Source: an uncultured Clostridia bacterium (GTDB lineage: Bacteria; Bacillota; Clostridia; TANB77; CAG-508). Taken from it: a stretch of DNA of 64,000 bases. Positions 39,975 through 50,217 of this stretch are shown piece by piece (the first letter of the stretch is position 1; each line of letters starts with the position of its first letter). The notes beneath the pieces are model-generated. The model searched no databases. It saw only the letters and a program-made list of their open reading frames with translations, and was not told where the DNA came from. The position numbers and the translations under genes were made by a program. The stretch covers positions 1,916 through 65,915 of the forward strand of contig CAKPDR010000001.1 of assembly GCA_934149075.1 (NCBI GenBank). Reading direction: 5' to 3'.

Positions 39975-40862
39975 TTAACTTATCGCTTCGCTACTAAAGT
40001 ATTCATCTAATAATTTGATTACTAAATCAGAAAATTCTTTATCGTTTTTAAATCTATCTTTGTAGATTTTCATTGCTCTTTTTTCTATTTTTCCTGTAAA
40101 CTTTTCTACTTTAATTTTTTCGTTTTTGATAATTTTAAGCATAATTTCATAACTAATATTATTTTTCTTTAATCTAATTTTCTGTGCTTGTGCAACAGTT
40201 ATTTTTATTTGTTCATCTTCAATAACTTGATTAACAATTTCCTGTTCTTCTATATTTAAGTATGATATTTCTACTCCTGCTTTTATAGGTATTTGCTCTT
40301 TATTTACTTTTTCTTGTAAAGGTTTAATTAGTTCCGTTAGTCTTATATAGTTATAAATTTGTGATTTTCCTTCTTCATTCCACTCGGTGGAATTATCGTT
40401 AAATTCGTTTATATTACTGCTTTTTTGTCTATTTTTTATAATATTATTTCTTTGCTTATAAGCATAGCCTTTTTCAACAGGTAGTATTTTTTCTCTATTG
40501 TTTAGATTTGTGTCTAACATTATTAATGTTGCTTTTTCATCATCACAATCCACAATCTGAGATGGAATTGTGGAAAATCCTAGTTCTTTTGCACATTCTG
40601 TTCTATTATGTCCTGATATAATTTCGTATTTGTCATTTTCTATTTTTCTAACTATAATAGGTACTAGAATTCCATTTTCTTTCATGCTTTCTTTCATATC
40701 TTCTTTTTTATTTTCATCATACATTGAAAAAGGTTGCCCTTTTCTAAAAGCAACCAACTTACTTATTTCTATATTAGTTATATTTTTATTTTCTTCCCTT
40801 TCATTTTTTTCAGATATTTTATCAACTACAAATTTTGATCTTATTTCATCAATACTACTCAA
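39975..40862 (-). CDS. ParB-like nuclease/partition domain protein
   Basis: 295 aa, LVPIIVRKIENDKYEIISGHNRTECAKELG. Confidence 0.7.
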   Translation of the reverse strand: MSSIDEIRSKFVVDKISEKNEREENKNITNIEISKLVAFRKGQPFSMYDENKKEDMKESMKENGILVPIIVRKIENDKYEIISGHNRTECAKELGFSTIPSQIVDCDDEKATLIMLDTNLNNREKILPVEKGYAYKQRNNIIKNRQKSSNINEFNDNSTEWNEEGKSQIYNYIRLTELIKPLQEKVNKEQIPIKAGVEISYLNIEEQEIVNQVIEDEQIKITVAQAQKIRLKKNNISYEIMLKIIKNEKIKVEKFTGKIEKRAMKIYKDRFKNDKEFSDLVIKLLDEYFSSEAIS

Positions 40863-40864
40863 AT

Positions 40865-41284
40865 TTACATCTCCATTTCTTCTTCATATTCTAATTCTTT
40901 ATTAAATTTTTCTATTTTATTTATTGATTCAAATAAATCTGTATCTCTATCTATTTCTATATATGGTATTTTATCTTTTAAATTGTTATATATAAAAAGA
41001 GAGCCATTTTTAGGATCTAGAACTACTGCATAATATGATACATTTTTATTTTTTAAATCTTGACTAGTTTCTTTCCATACAAACTCATCATCTTCAGTTA
41101 TTCCTATTTTTGAAAAATAAATCATATTGTTTATTTTCTTTAATATTGTTGGATTTCTAAATATATTATCTTCAGGTAATTCAGAATAATTATTTACAAT
41201 ATAATTATATAAATAACTATCATCTGAAAAAGCTTTTAACATATCTAGTTTATTACTCTCTATGAATAATCTTATATTTTTCAA
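40865..41284 (-). CDS. hypothetical protein (139 aa)
   Basis: ORF in the leading region. Confidence 0.4.
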   Translation of the reverse strand: MKNIRLFIESNKLDMLKAFSDDSYLYNYIVNNYSELPEDNIFRNPTILKKINNMIYFSKIGITEDDEFVWKETSQDLKNKNVSYYAVVLDPKNGSLFIYNNLKDKIPYIEIDRDTDLFESINKIEKFNKELEYEEEMEM

Positions 41285-41330
41285 TTCATCCCTCCTTTGT
41301 ATAAAAAAGAGCTAGGTTTTACTCTAACCC

Positions 41331-41624
41331 TTAGCTTACACATTCTACTATTAAATTAACTCCATCTTTAAAGCCTTGCTTGTAATATTTTTCTAAACTA
41401 GCACAATATCTTTTTGAAATATCTTCAAGTGCATAATCAAGCATCTCTTCTATTTTATTTCTTAGTCTATCTTCTTTAACTTGCTCTATTAATTTTCTTA
41501 ATTTATCTTCATTTCCATCTCGTTTAATTTCTAAAATTACATTTTTTTCTTCATCAGAAACATTCGCAAGTACTCTTTGCTCTCTGTCAAAAAAAATAGA
41601 TTCTAATATTGTTTCTTCTCCCAT
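41331..41624 (-). CDS. hypothetical protein (97 aa)
   Basis: ORF in the leading region. Confidence 0.4.
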   Translation of the reverse strand: MGEETILESIFFDREQRVLANVSDEEKNVILEIKRDGNEDKLRKLIEQVKEDRLRNKIEEMLDYALEDISKRYCASLEKYYKQGFKDGVNLIVECVS

Positions 41625-41684
41625 ATCTTATACCTCCTGTATAAGATTATACTATGGTGTTTTTATATATCCAAACCTTTTATT

Positions 41685-42260
41685 TTAAAATTCCATATCA
41701 TTTTCTTCAGCCATTTCTTTATTCTCTAATTTATAATTTAGTTCTTTTATTTCATTTTTTAATTTAGTATTTTCTTCTACTAATAATGCTTTTTCTAATA
41801 AATTTATATCTTCATTTTTGAATTCTTTATCTATATTTTTAGTTTTATTCATACTTATATAACTTGTTTCTGTAACAATAACATGATCTAATAGTTCAAT
41901 ATTAAATGTTTTCAATAATTTATTAGTAATATTAGTTATATGTATATCTTCTTTACTAGGATGTAGAGAATTTGAAGGATGATTGTGTACTAAGATAACT
42001 CTATCACTCGTGCTCATCAATGCAGTTCTTATTATATTTTTTGTATCTACTAAAATTCCACAACTTGATCCAACACCTAAAAGACTTATCTTTCTGATAT
42101 TGTTACTTTTATCTAAACCTATAAATATCAAATGCTCTTGAATTGCATCTTTTATTTCTTGAACTTCCTCTAAATCATAAATATCATTTGTATTGCTTAC
42201 TTTTATATCCTTTATAATTTCCTTTTTGGGTTTTTTATCTATTTCTAATTCTATACTCAT
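41685..42260 (-). CDS. radC: RadC-like JAB/MPN domain protein
   Basis: 191 aa, ILVHNHPSNSLHPSKEDIHITNI. Confidence 0.8.
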   Translation of the reverse strand: MSIELEIDKKPKKEIIKDIKVSNTNDIYDLEEVQEIKDAIQEHLIFIGLDKSNNIRKISLLGVGSSCGILVDTKNIIRTALMSTSDRVILVHNHPSNSLHPSKEDIHITNITNKLLKTFNIELLDHVIVTETSYISMNKTKNIDKEFKNEDINLLEKALLVEENTKLKNEIKELNYKLENKEMAEENDMEF

Positions 42261-42272
42261 TATTCCTCCAAA

Positions 42273-43235
42273 TTAAAATTCCATATCATCTTCCTCAATT
42301 TTTTCTATTTCACTAACTTCAATACTTCTATCTTTCAAATCTTGTTTTATTTCTTCTATTTGTTCTTCACTAACAGATTTAAAACCTGCATTTTCAAAGT
42401 CATCTCCTACAACAAAACAATTTCCTACAATATAATCATATCCAAAATCGAGATTAGGTTTTTGATTAAGAATCTTCCCTTCTTCATTACAAACTAATAA
42501 TAAATCTTCTTTATAAGGTACTACTTCAATTAATCCTCCAACTAACTTTTGCTTAGCTTCTAATGTGTCATCTATTTTCATTACTATTGGATCTTTTCCT
42601 ACTTGTTTGTATATAACTTTTAACTTTTTCTCTGTTTCTTCTTCCATATCATACATTTCTATTATTTCTTGTAGTGAATATTTATTTAAATCTATACTTT
42701 CACTTTTATCTATATAACCGTCATCTAATAATTCAACATATCCACTCATTTCAGCATCTCTACCATAACTTCCAAAGTCAAAATATCCTTCAATTCCATG
42801 TTGTTTTAATACATCTAATAAACCTGTATCTTCAGCAAATCTATATCCATATTTTTCTTCTGCTGACATAGTCCAACTATCTATTTGATAAGAATAATAA
42901 GGTAGCTCATCTTCTTGAATAATTATATTCATTAATTCTTCAATGCTTAAATCTCCTTCTGAATTTGCATATCCTTCTATTGCTTCCATATTATAGATAT
43001 TTTCTGATACTTTTGCTAATAAATTAAGCATCTTTATGCTTTCATATTCATTAACTTTACATGGTAAATCTGTTTCAAAATCATTTATCATATATTCTTC
43101 GTATTCATCATTAAGTCCAACTACTTCTTTTAAGAATTCATCAATTTCTTCTTTTTCTTTTGGTAATTCTAGCCATCCTCCTTTTAATTCTCCTTCATTA
43201 TATTTTTCTAAATTACCAACCCATATATTAAGCAT
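42273..43235 (-). CDS. ardA: antirestriction protein ArdA with a C-terminal extension
   Basis: 320 aa. The N-terminus, MLNIWVGNLEKYNEGELKGGWLELP, is typical of ArdA, and the protein is very acidic. Confidence 0.85.
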   Translation of the reverse strand: MLNIWVGNLEKYNEGELKGGWLELPKEKEEIDEFLKEVVGLNDEYEEYMINDFETDLPCKVNEYESIKMLNLLAKVSENIYNMEAIEGYANSEGDLSIEELMNIIIQEDELPYYSYQIDSWTMSAEEKYGYRFAEDTGLLDVLKQHGIEGYFDFGSYGRDAEMSGYVELLDDGYIDKSESIDLNKYSLQEIIEMYDMEEETEKKLKVIYKQVGKDPIVMKIDDTLEAKQKLVGGLIEVVPYKEDLLLVCNEEGKILNQKPNLDFGYDYIVGNCFVVGDDFENAGFKSVSEEQIEEIKQDLKDRSIEVSEIEKIEEDDMEF

Positions 43236-43296
43236 ATTTTCTCTCCTTCCTTATACCAAAAAGAGCTAGTAATTTTATGTTTTACTAACTCTCCTC

Positions 43297-43572
43297 TTAT
43301 ATTTTTACTAAAACTTCCTTCATTAGAATTTCATCAACTAAACCATCAATCATTTGTTGATATTTCGCTATAACATACATTTCACTTGTTTTAGGTTCTT
43401 TATATTCTGTTTTTATTTCATTTTCTAATTTTTCTTTTAATTTTAAAATATATTGTTCTCTTTCATATATTTTCACATTTAATTCGCCTGTTAATTCTAA
43501 TTCTTGTTTTCTGTATGGATAATTTTTCTCCATATTACTTAAAATCATCTGCCCATATTTTCCAAAAATCAT
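43297..43572 (-). CDS. hypothetical protein (91 aa)
   Basis: ORF. Confidence 0.4.
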   Translation of the reverse strand: MIFGKYGQMILSNMEKNYPYRKQELELTGELNVKIYEREQYILKLKEKLENEIKTEYKEPKTSEMYVIAKYQQMIDGLVDEILMKEVLVKI

Positions 43573-43781
43573 TGTTTTCTACCTTCTTTCATTTATATTG
43601 TACTTTACCAATATCAGGTTTTCCAAACCCAAAAAGAAAAGAGATACAAAGTTTTTCTCTGCATCTCTACAAATATTTCATTATACATATTATAACACCT
43701 ATTTTTAGCTTTTCAAGGTGGTCTTTTTTTGGTACTCTTTTTTGTGTGTACTTTTTTTGTTACTATTTTAGTTAAACTTTT

Positions 43782-44498
43782 TTATTTTAGTAATTCATTT
43801 AAGTTAGTTATTATTGTCCTTCTAATATCTTCACTTGTTAATCTTTCAAATATATAATTTTCTTTTCCATTTTCTACTTCTTTTATTTTATTTCTTATTT
43901 TATCTTTCTTTAACCAACACTCACTTAAATCAGCCATTTCTTTTTTTAATTCTTTGTTCTCTTTCAATAATTTTCCTCTATCACTATTCATAAATTCAAA
44001 AATTTCTTGATCTTTATATTGTATTTCTAATTTCAATTCATCAGTTTCATCTTCTAAAGTTTCTAATCTTTGAAATTCTTTAACTAATGTTGCTGTTGGA
44101 ATATTCAAATCTAATATAGACTTTAACATATTTTCTAATTCAATTATTTTTTCATCTTTCTCTTTTAGTTGATATTCAAGTTGTTTAGTATATTCATCAA
44201 CTCTATCTTCATTTATTAAATAAGTTTTTTCTCTCTCAAATTTTATTCCATTTATTTCGCAACTTTTGTCCCAATTAGGATTTTCATATTGCTTACTTTC
44301 CTCATTAAAATTTATTCTATGTTGTAATAATAATATTCTTAATAAAAATTCTGTATCGCGATTTACTTCATCAAATGCTGTTTCTGTGGCTATATATACT
44401 AAATCCTTATACATATTTTTCAAAACATCTATACTAAGATTTTCTATTGGTTGTTCCTTATAATTATTGTAATTTTTCTTAAAATCATCCCAAAGCAT
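43782..44498 (-). CDS. hypothetical coiled-coil protein (238 aa)
   Basis: ORF. Confidence 0.4.
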   Translation of the reverse strand: MLWDDFKKNYNNYKEQPIENLSIDVLKNMYKDLVYIATETAFDEVNRDTEFLLRILLLQHRINFNEESKQYENPNWDKSCEINGIKFEREKTYLINEDRVDEYTKQLEYQLKEKDEKIIELENMLKSILDLNIPTATLVKEFQRLETLEDETDELKLEIQYKDQEIFEFMNSDRGKLLKENKELKKEMADLSECWLKKDKIRNKIKEVENGKENYIFERLTSEDIRRTIITNLNELLK

Positions 44499-44515
44499 AT
44501 TATTAGACTCCTTCC

Positions 44516-45259
44516 TTATTTAATATTTTTCTCATAATACTCAAAGATATCATCAATTTTTTTACCACCGAATGATCTTTTATAGTCTTCTTGTTCATTT
44601 TCTTTCCACCATTCAAATTTTTCTTTAATTTTATTTCTTATCTCTGTAGTATCAATATCAGAATTCTTTTCTATTGCAAATAAAACTTTTATAATATCTC
44701 CTCCACAAATAAAAAAATCAAAATTTCTTACTTCATCATTACCATATTTTCCTGTGATTCCTTCTATTTTCTTATCATAAGAAATATATAAATAATCATC
44801 TTTAAATAAATGATTTTCTTTTATATATGTATAATATAAATCTTTTACTCCTGATGTTCTTAGATATCCAGTCAAATACCATATTGTTCTACTTCTAATT
44901 TTAATATAATCTTTTGGTAAATCTATTTCTTTTATTTTAGTAATATATTTTCCTTCCGAATACAAAAATTCATTTTCTTGATCTTCTAACTTCCATGTTT
45001 TTCTATCTAACCTTCCTCTTGTATACCAATTAGACATTATTTTTTTATTAATTATTTCTTCACAATAATCAAATAAATATTTAAACTGTTTTCCATCGTT
45101 TCTGTCAATCCATTCTATATTTTCTTTTTCTCCTCCTACTCTGCAATAATCATCTCCTCCATCTATATAACAAGATCCACATTTACACATTTGAAAATCA
45201 TGTCTATATTTACTTTGTAATATATCTCCACATTTTCTACATCTGATTCTTTCTCCCAT
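44516..45259 (-). CDS. hypothetical protein with an N-terminal zinc ribbon
   Basis: CRKCGD...CKCGSC...C. Confidence 0.4.
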   Translation of the reverse strand: MGERIRCRKCGDILQSKYRHDFQMCKCGSCYIDGGDDYCRVGGEKENIEWIDRNDGKQFKYLFDYCEEIINKKIMSNWYTRGRLDRKTWKLEDQENEFLYSEGKYITKIKEIDLPKDYIKIRSRTIWYLTGYLRTSGVKDLYYTYIKENHLFKDDYLYISYDKKIEGITGKYGNDEVRNFDFFICGGDIIKVLFAIEKNSDIDTTEIRNKIKEKFEWWKENEQEDYKRSFGGKKIDDIFEYYEKNIK

Positions 45260-45272
45260 TTATATCCTCCAT

Positions 45273-45614
45273 CTATATTTTTAACATATCCATTGATTCA
45301 AAATAAATATAAGCTTCCTTAAATCCTAGTTTAAAAGCCTCTTTTAATTCAATCAAATTAATCTCTTCTTGTAACTTTAGTATTTCTATAATTGCATTTT
45401 CTTCTTCATCATTTAATTTAGTTTTCTCTCCATCTTCTAATAAAGTTACTACATTAGGATATTTATTTTTGATTTCACAAATAGCCTTCTCTATTTCTTT
45501 ATATTCATTTCTTAATCTTATTCTACCTACTCTTTGATTTTCAAAATAATCTGCGAAGTAATCAGACCACTCACATGTATATTGATTTAAAAGTTCTTCG
45601 TTCAAATTTTCCAA
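45273..45614 (-). CDS. hypothetical protein (113 aa)
   Basis: ORF. Confidence 0.4.
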   Translation of the reverse strand: MENLNEELLNQYTCEWSDYFADYFENQRVGRIRLRNEYKEIEKAICEIKNKYPNVVTLLEDGEKTKLNDEEENAIIEILKLQEEINLIELKEAFKLGFKEAYIYFESMDMLKI

Positions 45615-45851
45615 CTTTTTTCCTCCCTTTCTTTATTTTCGATCATTATATAGTGAGCATATATCAGATTCCAAACCCTTTTTATAAAAAAATTTAAAAA
45701 ATAACCTAGTACATAAAATTTGTACTAAGTTACCATCTACAGCTTGTAATTTGTGTTTTACTTATTCTTTAATATTTCTAAATAATTATCTGCTTATTCT
45801 CTTGTTTTAAAAATAATGATATTTTTATTCATTTTGTATTTTTCTAGCAAT

Positions 45852-46691
45852 TCATATAATTGAACCATTTTCTTTAAGAGCATCCCATAAATCATCATCT
45901 TCAAATTCGTTATCTGGATCAAAATGTTTTAATAATATATCTAAATTTTTCCTTACAAAATCACATATTTTATCAAAATCTTCTTTTGAAAGCTTATTTT
46001 TCCCTATAATTACTCTTGGATTTTCTTCTAATGTAATGCTAAATGTATCTCTATATTTATTTTCAGTATTTGCAACACGAATTCTAGGTAAATCATTATG
46101 AACACGGACATTACTACTTTTAGACCTATTCTTTTCTGGATATATGTTAGTTTTTAATCCTGTTATACGTTCAGTAAGTGCTGTAGAATACCATCCCCAA
46201 TTATCACAATCATCAAAAGTTGCTTCCTCAAAAGTACTGATATTTAATGGCGTTTTTCCAACTTTAATTTCATTCCAATAATCTCTTTTTGATATTTCTA
46301 AATCTCCTTTTACAATTCTACCTAATAAATCATATTCTGAATCTTCTTCAATTACTCCATTATATTTTTCTATGTCTTTTTCAAAGTATTCAAATGTAAA
46401 CAATTCTTTATTTTTCCATTGATTGTTACTCATCTTATAGAAGGAAATTAAGGCATATTTATTTTCAAAATATTTTTCTCCATTAAATTTTCTTGGTAGC
46501 CATCGCACAACATATATTCTATCTGTATTGTCGTCTATATAACCTTCACCTTTTTCTAAATTATGCTTTAACTTTACAATATCTCCAATTTTAAATTTTT
46601 CACTTGCCTCTTCTTCTAAATCTTCTGGATATAATTCAATACTATGTTTTGTATCTGTCAAACTATTTTTATATCGATATTCATACATCAT
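45852..46691 (-). CDS. hypothetical protein (279 aa)
   Basis: ORF. Confidence 0.4.
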   Translation of the reverse strand: MMYEYRYKNSLTDTKHSIELYPEDLEEEASEKFKIGDIVKLKHNLEKGEGYIDDNTDRIYVVRWLPRKFNGEKYFENKYALISFYKMSNNQWKNKELFTFEYFEKDIEKYNGVIEEDSEYDLLGRIVKGDLEISKRDYWNEIKVGKTPLNISTFEEATFDDCDNWGWYSTALTERITGLKTNIYPEKNRSKSSNVRVHNDLPRIRVANTENKYRDTFSITLEENPRVIIGKNKLSKEDFDKICDFVRKNLDILLKHFDPDNEFEDDDLWDALKENGSII

Positions 46692-46809
46692 ATATAAAAT
46701 ATTTCCTGCATAATTTAAATGATATACCTTATGTGTAGGTTCTAATTTATTATATTCTTCTTTATGATAAGCATCATAATCAATATCAAAGTTTTCTGCA
46801 TATTCTAAA

Positions 46810-47043
46810 TTATCTATTCCGTATTATATTAAAAATATAATCAACTTGTTTATTTTTTAAAATCTCTTCAAATGTTTTATTTTGATTTGCTTCTATATCT
46901 TTCATGGTTGTTTTTAAGTGTTTCAATCCCTCTTTTCTAGCTTGTTCAAAACTGCTATATACATTGGAATAGTAACTTGTATCAAATACAATATCACAAT
47001 CTAATAAAGTAAATACGCTTACTTCTACTAAATATAATTTCAT
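46810..47043 (-). CDS. hypothetical protein (77 aa)
   Basis: ORF. Confidence 0.35.
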   Translation of the reverse strand: MKLYLVEVSVFTLLDCDIVFDTSYYSNVYSSFEQARKEGLKHLKTTMKDIEANQNKTFEEILKNKQVDYIFNIIRNR

Positions 47044-47082
47044 TTTTTTGTTTCTCCCTATTTTTTTAGTATGATAACAATA

Positions 47083-47520
47083 TTAATCCATCAATATTAT
47101 AATTCTTATATCTTTATTTTCTTTTAAATCTCTACTTTTGGCAATAATCTCTTTCATTGAATTTTCTACAGTATCATCTATATAAATTTCTTTTTCTGAA
47201 AGTGTTTCTATTATTTTTGTAAGTCCATCCCATTCTTCACTATTTATCTGTCCACTTTCTATTTTGCTATAATCAATATTTGAATCATTCGTTAAGATTT
47301 TATTTATAATTTGCTTTTTGTTTATCTTTGAACTAAAAATTGCAATTGGATTATTTATTTTTTGTAACACATTAGAAATGACATCCAATGCTACATCTTT
47401 TGTATAATCCTTTAAGTTTAATATAACCATTTCTTCTTTATCTGACTTTTTTATACTATCATCTATGTTTGAGATTTCCATTAAAATTTTGTTAACCTCA
47501 CTAATTTCTTTTATTTTCAT
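47083..47520 (-). CDS. hypothetical protein (145 aa)
   Basis: ORF. Confidence 0.4.
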   Translation of the reverse strand: MKIKEISEVNKILMEISNIDDSIKKSDKEEMVILNLKDYTKDVALDVISNVLQKINNPIAIFSSKINKKQIINKILTNDSNIDYSKIESGQINSEEWDGLTKIIETLSEKEIYIDDTVENSMKEIIAKSRDLKENKDIRIIILMD

Positions 47521-47538
47521 TATAATTTCTCTCCTTCT

Positions 47539-48417
47539 CTATATGCTTGTTTCTATTTTAATAACTTCCCATTTTCTATTAAATATCACTTTACAATAAG
47601 CATATTCATTAGAAAAATAATGTTTTTCTATTATTATTTGTAAATCTCCAAATTGATTTGGAGATTTTATTGGTGATTCTTTTTTTAATGCTTCTATTGT
47701 TTCTTCAATTGTCATATAACCATTTCTGTTTAATATATTTAACTTATCTTCTGAAAAATATATGCTATAAAAATAGACTGAATTAGGACTAGCAAAAGAG
47801 TCAAAGTCAAGCATTTCGTTATTATCTTTCATAAACTCTTCTACTGCTTTCTTTTCTTTCATGAAATCCACTTTATTTGATTGTTCTTTTTCTCTTTTTA
47901 GAAGATATTTATCAGAAGCAAGTTCAAATTCCGAATCTATAATCGCTATTTCAAAGGACATATCCATCATCAAATAAATTGTATCTTCTGTCATTCTTTT
48001 ACGAATGTACACATCTGTATTTGGTGTATCTATATCTGTATATTTGTAAAAAACATGATATTTATCATATTGCTTTAAATCTTGGTTCAATAAAAATAGG
48101 TCTTGAATACATATATGTTGTTTATTATCTATTAATTTCGTAATCGTTTCTCTTTCTTCTATTGGTATTCTGCCTTTTGGATCATAATCATATTCTAATA
48201 ACTTATTATCACAATATTCTTTATTTAATTCTAATCTAAATTTTAATACACTCTTTTCATTAAACCTACCACCTGTCAAAATAGTATCTATTTCAAATTT
48301 TCTGATTGCTTTTCTTTCTATAATTGCTGTGTCTAAATTTGAAAAACCTAAAGCCAAATATTCAAACTTCTTATTTTTCAATATATCTTGACTTATTTTT
48401 TGTATTACATAACTCAT
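47539..48417 (-). CDS. hypothetical protein (292 aa)
   Basis: ORF immediately downstream of the AAA+ gene. Confidence 0.4.
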   Translation of the reverse strand: MSYVIQKISQDILKNKKFEYLALGFSNLDTAIIERKAIRKFEIDTILTGGRFNEKSVLKFRLELNKEYCDNKLLEYDYDPKGRIPIEERETITKLIDNKQHICIQDLFLLNQDLKQYDKYHVFYKYTDIDTPNTDVYIRKRMTEDTIYLMMDMSFEIAIIDSEFELASDKYLLKREKEQSNKVDFMKEKKAVEEFMKDNNEMLDFDSFASPNSVYFYSIYFSEDKLNILNRNGYMTIEETIEALKKESPIKSPNQFGDLQIIIEKHYFSNEYAYCKVIFNRKWEVIKIETSI

Positions 48418-48503
48418 CTTATATACATCCCTTTCATATTTTTTTAATTATCTTTAAATCTAGTTAATAATAAGCATTAACTATTAAATAATCAGTCAAG
48501 GTC

Positions 48504-50117
48504 CTAGACGCCGAATCCTATTCTTCTTTTATTTTCTACAGTTTTAATTTTATCTACCACATTTTTTATGTCTTGTGGTATTATTGTATACAAATCATCA
48601 CTATTGTTTTCTTTGATTCGCACAGCTTGTTCAAATTTTATTTTTTCTACTAGATTTCTGACTAAACGACCATTTCCAAAATTTTCTTTTTTTAATTTTA
48701 CTTCGTTTTCAAAATACTGGGTTACAATTTCTTTACAACCTTTTTTTAATTTAAGAAAATCTTCTTTAAGTTGTTTTAAAAATATTTCATATAATTCTTC
48801 TACATTATAATCTGGAAAATCTATAAAAAATTGTATTCTGCTTTTGAAACCTGAATTTGCATTAATCAGTCTTTCCATTTCTTCTGGATAACCTGCTAAT
48901 ATAACACACAAATCTTCTCTATGATTTTCCATTTCTTTTATTAATGTTGCTATACATTCATAGCCATAGTCATTCCTTCGTCCATCTGAGCCTTGTATTA
49001 GTGAATATGCTTCATCTATAAACAATATCCCACCTATTGCTTGCTCAATAACCTTTTTTGTTTTTGCTGCTGTATGTCCTACATATTCACCAATTAAGTC
49101 TTCTCGACAAACTTCTACAAAAATTTTTTTAGTGCTTAATATTTCATTTTCTGCAAATATATCGCCGATTATTCTTGCTACAGTAGATTTTCCTGTACCA
49201 GGATTTCCACTCATACACATGTGTAGCATAGTTCTTCCTTGCCCGCCTCGCTTGCCATCTACTTCAATGTAGCTTAATATTTTCCTTATTTGTTCTTTTA
49301 TATCATTTAATCCAATTAAAGAATTTAATTGGCATAATCCATGTTCGGATTTTTTATCTGTTTTAAGATTATCCCATTTAAACAATATATCGTCTAAATC
49401 AAAACAATCTGTATTTATTTCTTTTAATTCTCGTTTATTGGCTTTAATACAAGCTCTAATAAGTGTTTTATCCAATTCTATCATTGAATTTTTTGCAATA
49501 GATTCTATTATCCAATCTTCTAAATTTATTTTTAAACCATTTTGTTTTGCTACATTGTTTATATATTGTATCTTTTCTTCTTGCGTAGGTTCTATTATAT
49601 TTAGCTCCCAATAAAAGTTTCTTTGTAACATTTCTAGTGTGTTATCTTTATCTCTCTTTGACATTAATTTTGAATCTTTTATTATAACAATAAATATACA
49701 AAATGGATTCTTCTTAATTATTGATTCTAACTTTCTATCAATCTTATTTTCATCATCTATAATATACAGTTTATTTTTCTCAAATTCAGTATTTTTTAAA
49801 GTATATAAATCAGTAATAATTGTTATTCTATTATCTTCTATTATGTTCTCTTTTATCAATATTTTATTAATTATCTCTACTTCTTTTTCATAATCTTTAG
49901 AATCGTTATCGCAGAACAGTATAATATTATTATTTCCTATATTTATCTTATTTTCTTTTTTTAGTCTAATATATTCTACATACTCTTTTAGTTTATTTCT
50001 AAAAAAAGTTACACCATAACACTTATCTAAACTTTTTAAAATATCTTCTGTAGTTTCTTCTTTCTTTATTATGCTATGTTTTTCTAAATTTTCCATTTTA
50101 ATTCCAATTCCCTTCAC
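48504..50117 (-). CDS. AAA+ ATPase of the SpoVK/CbbX type with an unknown N-terminal domain of about 280 aa
   Basis: 537 aa with Walker A MSGNPGTGKSTVAR, Walker B ILFIDEAYSL, and the SpoVK-like context LIGEYVGHTAAKT. Confidence 0.7.
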   Translation of the reverse strand: MKGIGIKMENLEKHSIIKKEETTEDILKSLDKCYGVTFFRNKLKEYVEYIRLKKENKINIGNNNIILFCDNDSKDYEKEVEIINKILIKENIIEDNRITIITDLYTLKNTEFEKNKLYIIDDENKIDRKLESIIKKNPFCIFIVIIKDSKLMSKRDKDNTLEMLQRNFYWELNIIEPTQEEKIQYINNVAKQNGLKINLEDWIIESIAKNSMIELDKTLIRACIKANKRELKEINTDCFDLDDILFKWDNLKTDKKSEHGLCQLNSLIGLNDIKEQIRKILSYIEVDGKRGGQGRTMLHMCMSGNPGTGKSTVARIIGDIFAENEILSTKKIFVEVCREDLIGEYVGHTAAKTKKVIEQAIGGILFIDEAYSLIQGSDGRRNDYGYECIATLIKEMENHREDLCVILAGYPEEMERLINANSGFKSRIQFFIDFPDYNVEELYEIFLKQLKEDFLKLKKGCKEIVTQYFENEVKLKKENFGNGRLVRNLVEKIKFEQAVRIKENNSDDLYTIIPQDIKNVVDKIKTVENKRRIGFGV

Positions 50118-50217
50118 AATTTTAAAAAATCCTATCTACATTATTAGTATATAGGATTTTTTATTCATTGTAAAACATATTGGTCATATTATGTATTTAT
50201 ACTACATTTAATTCTAT

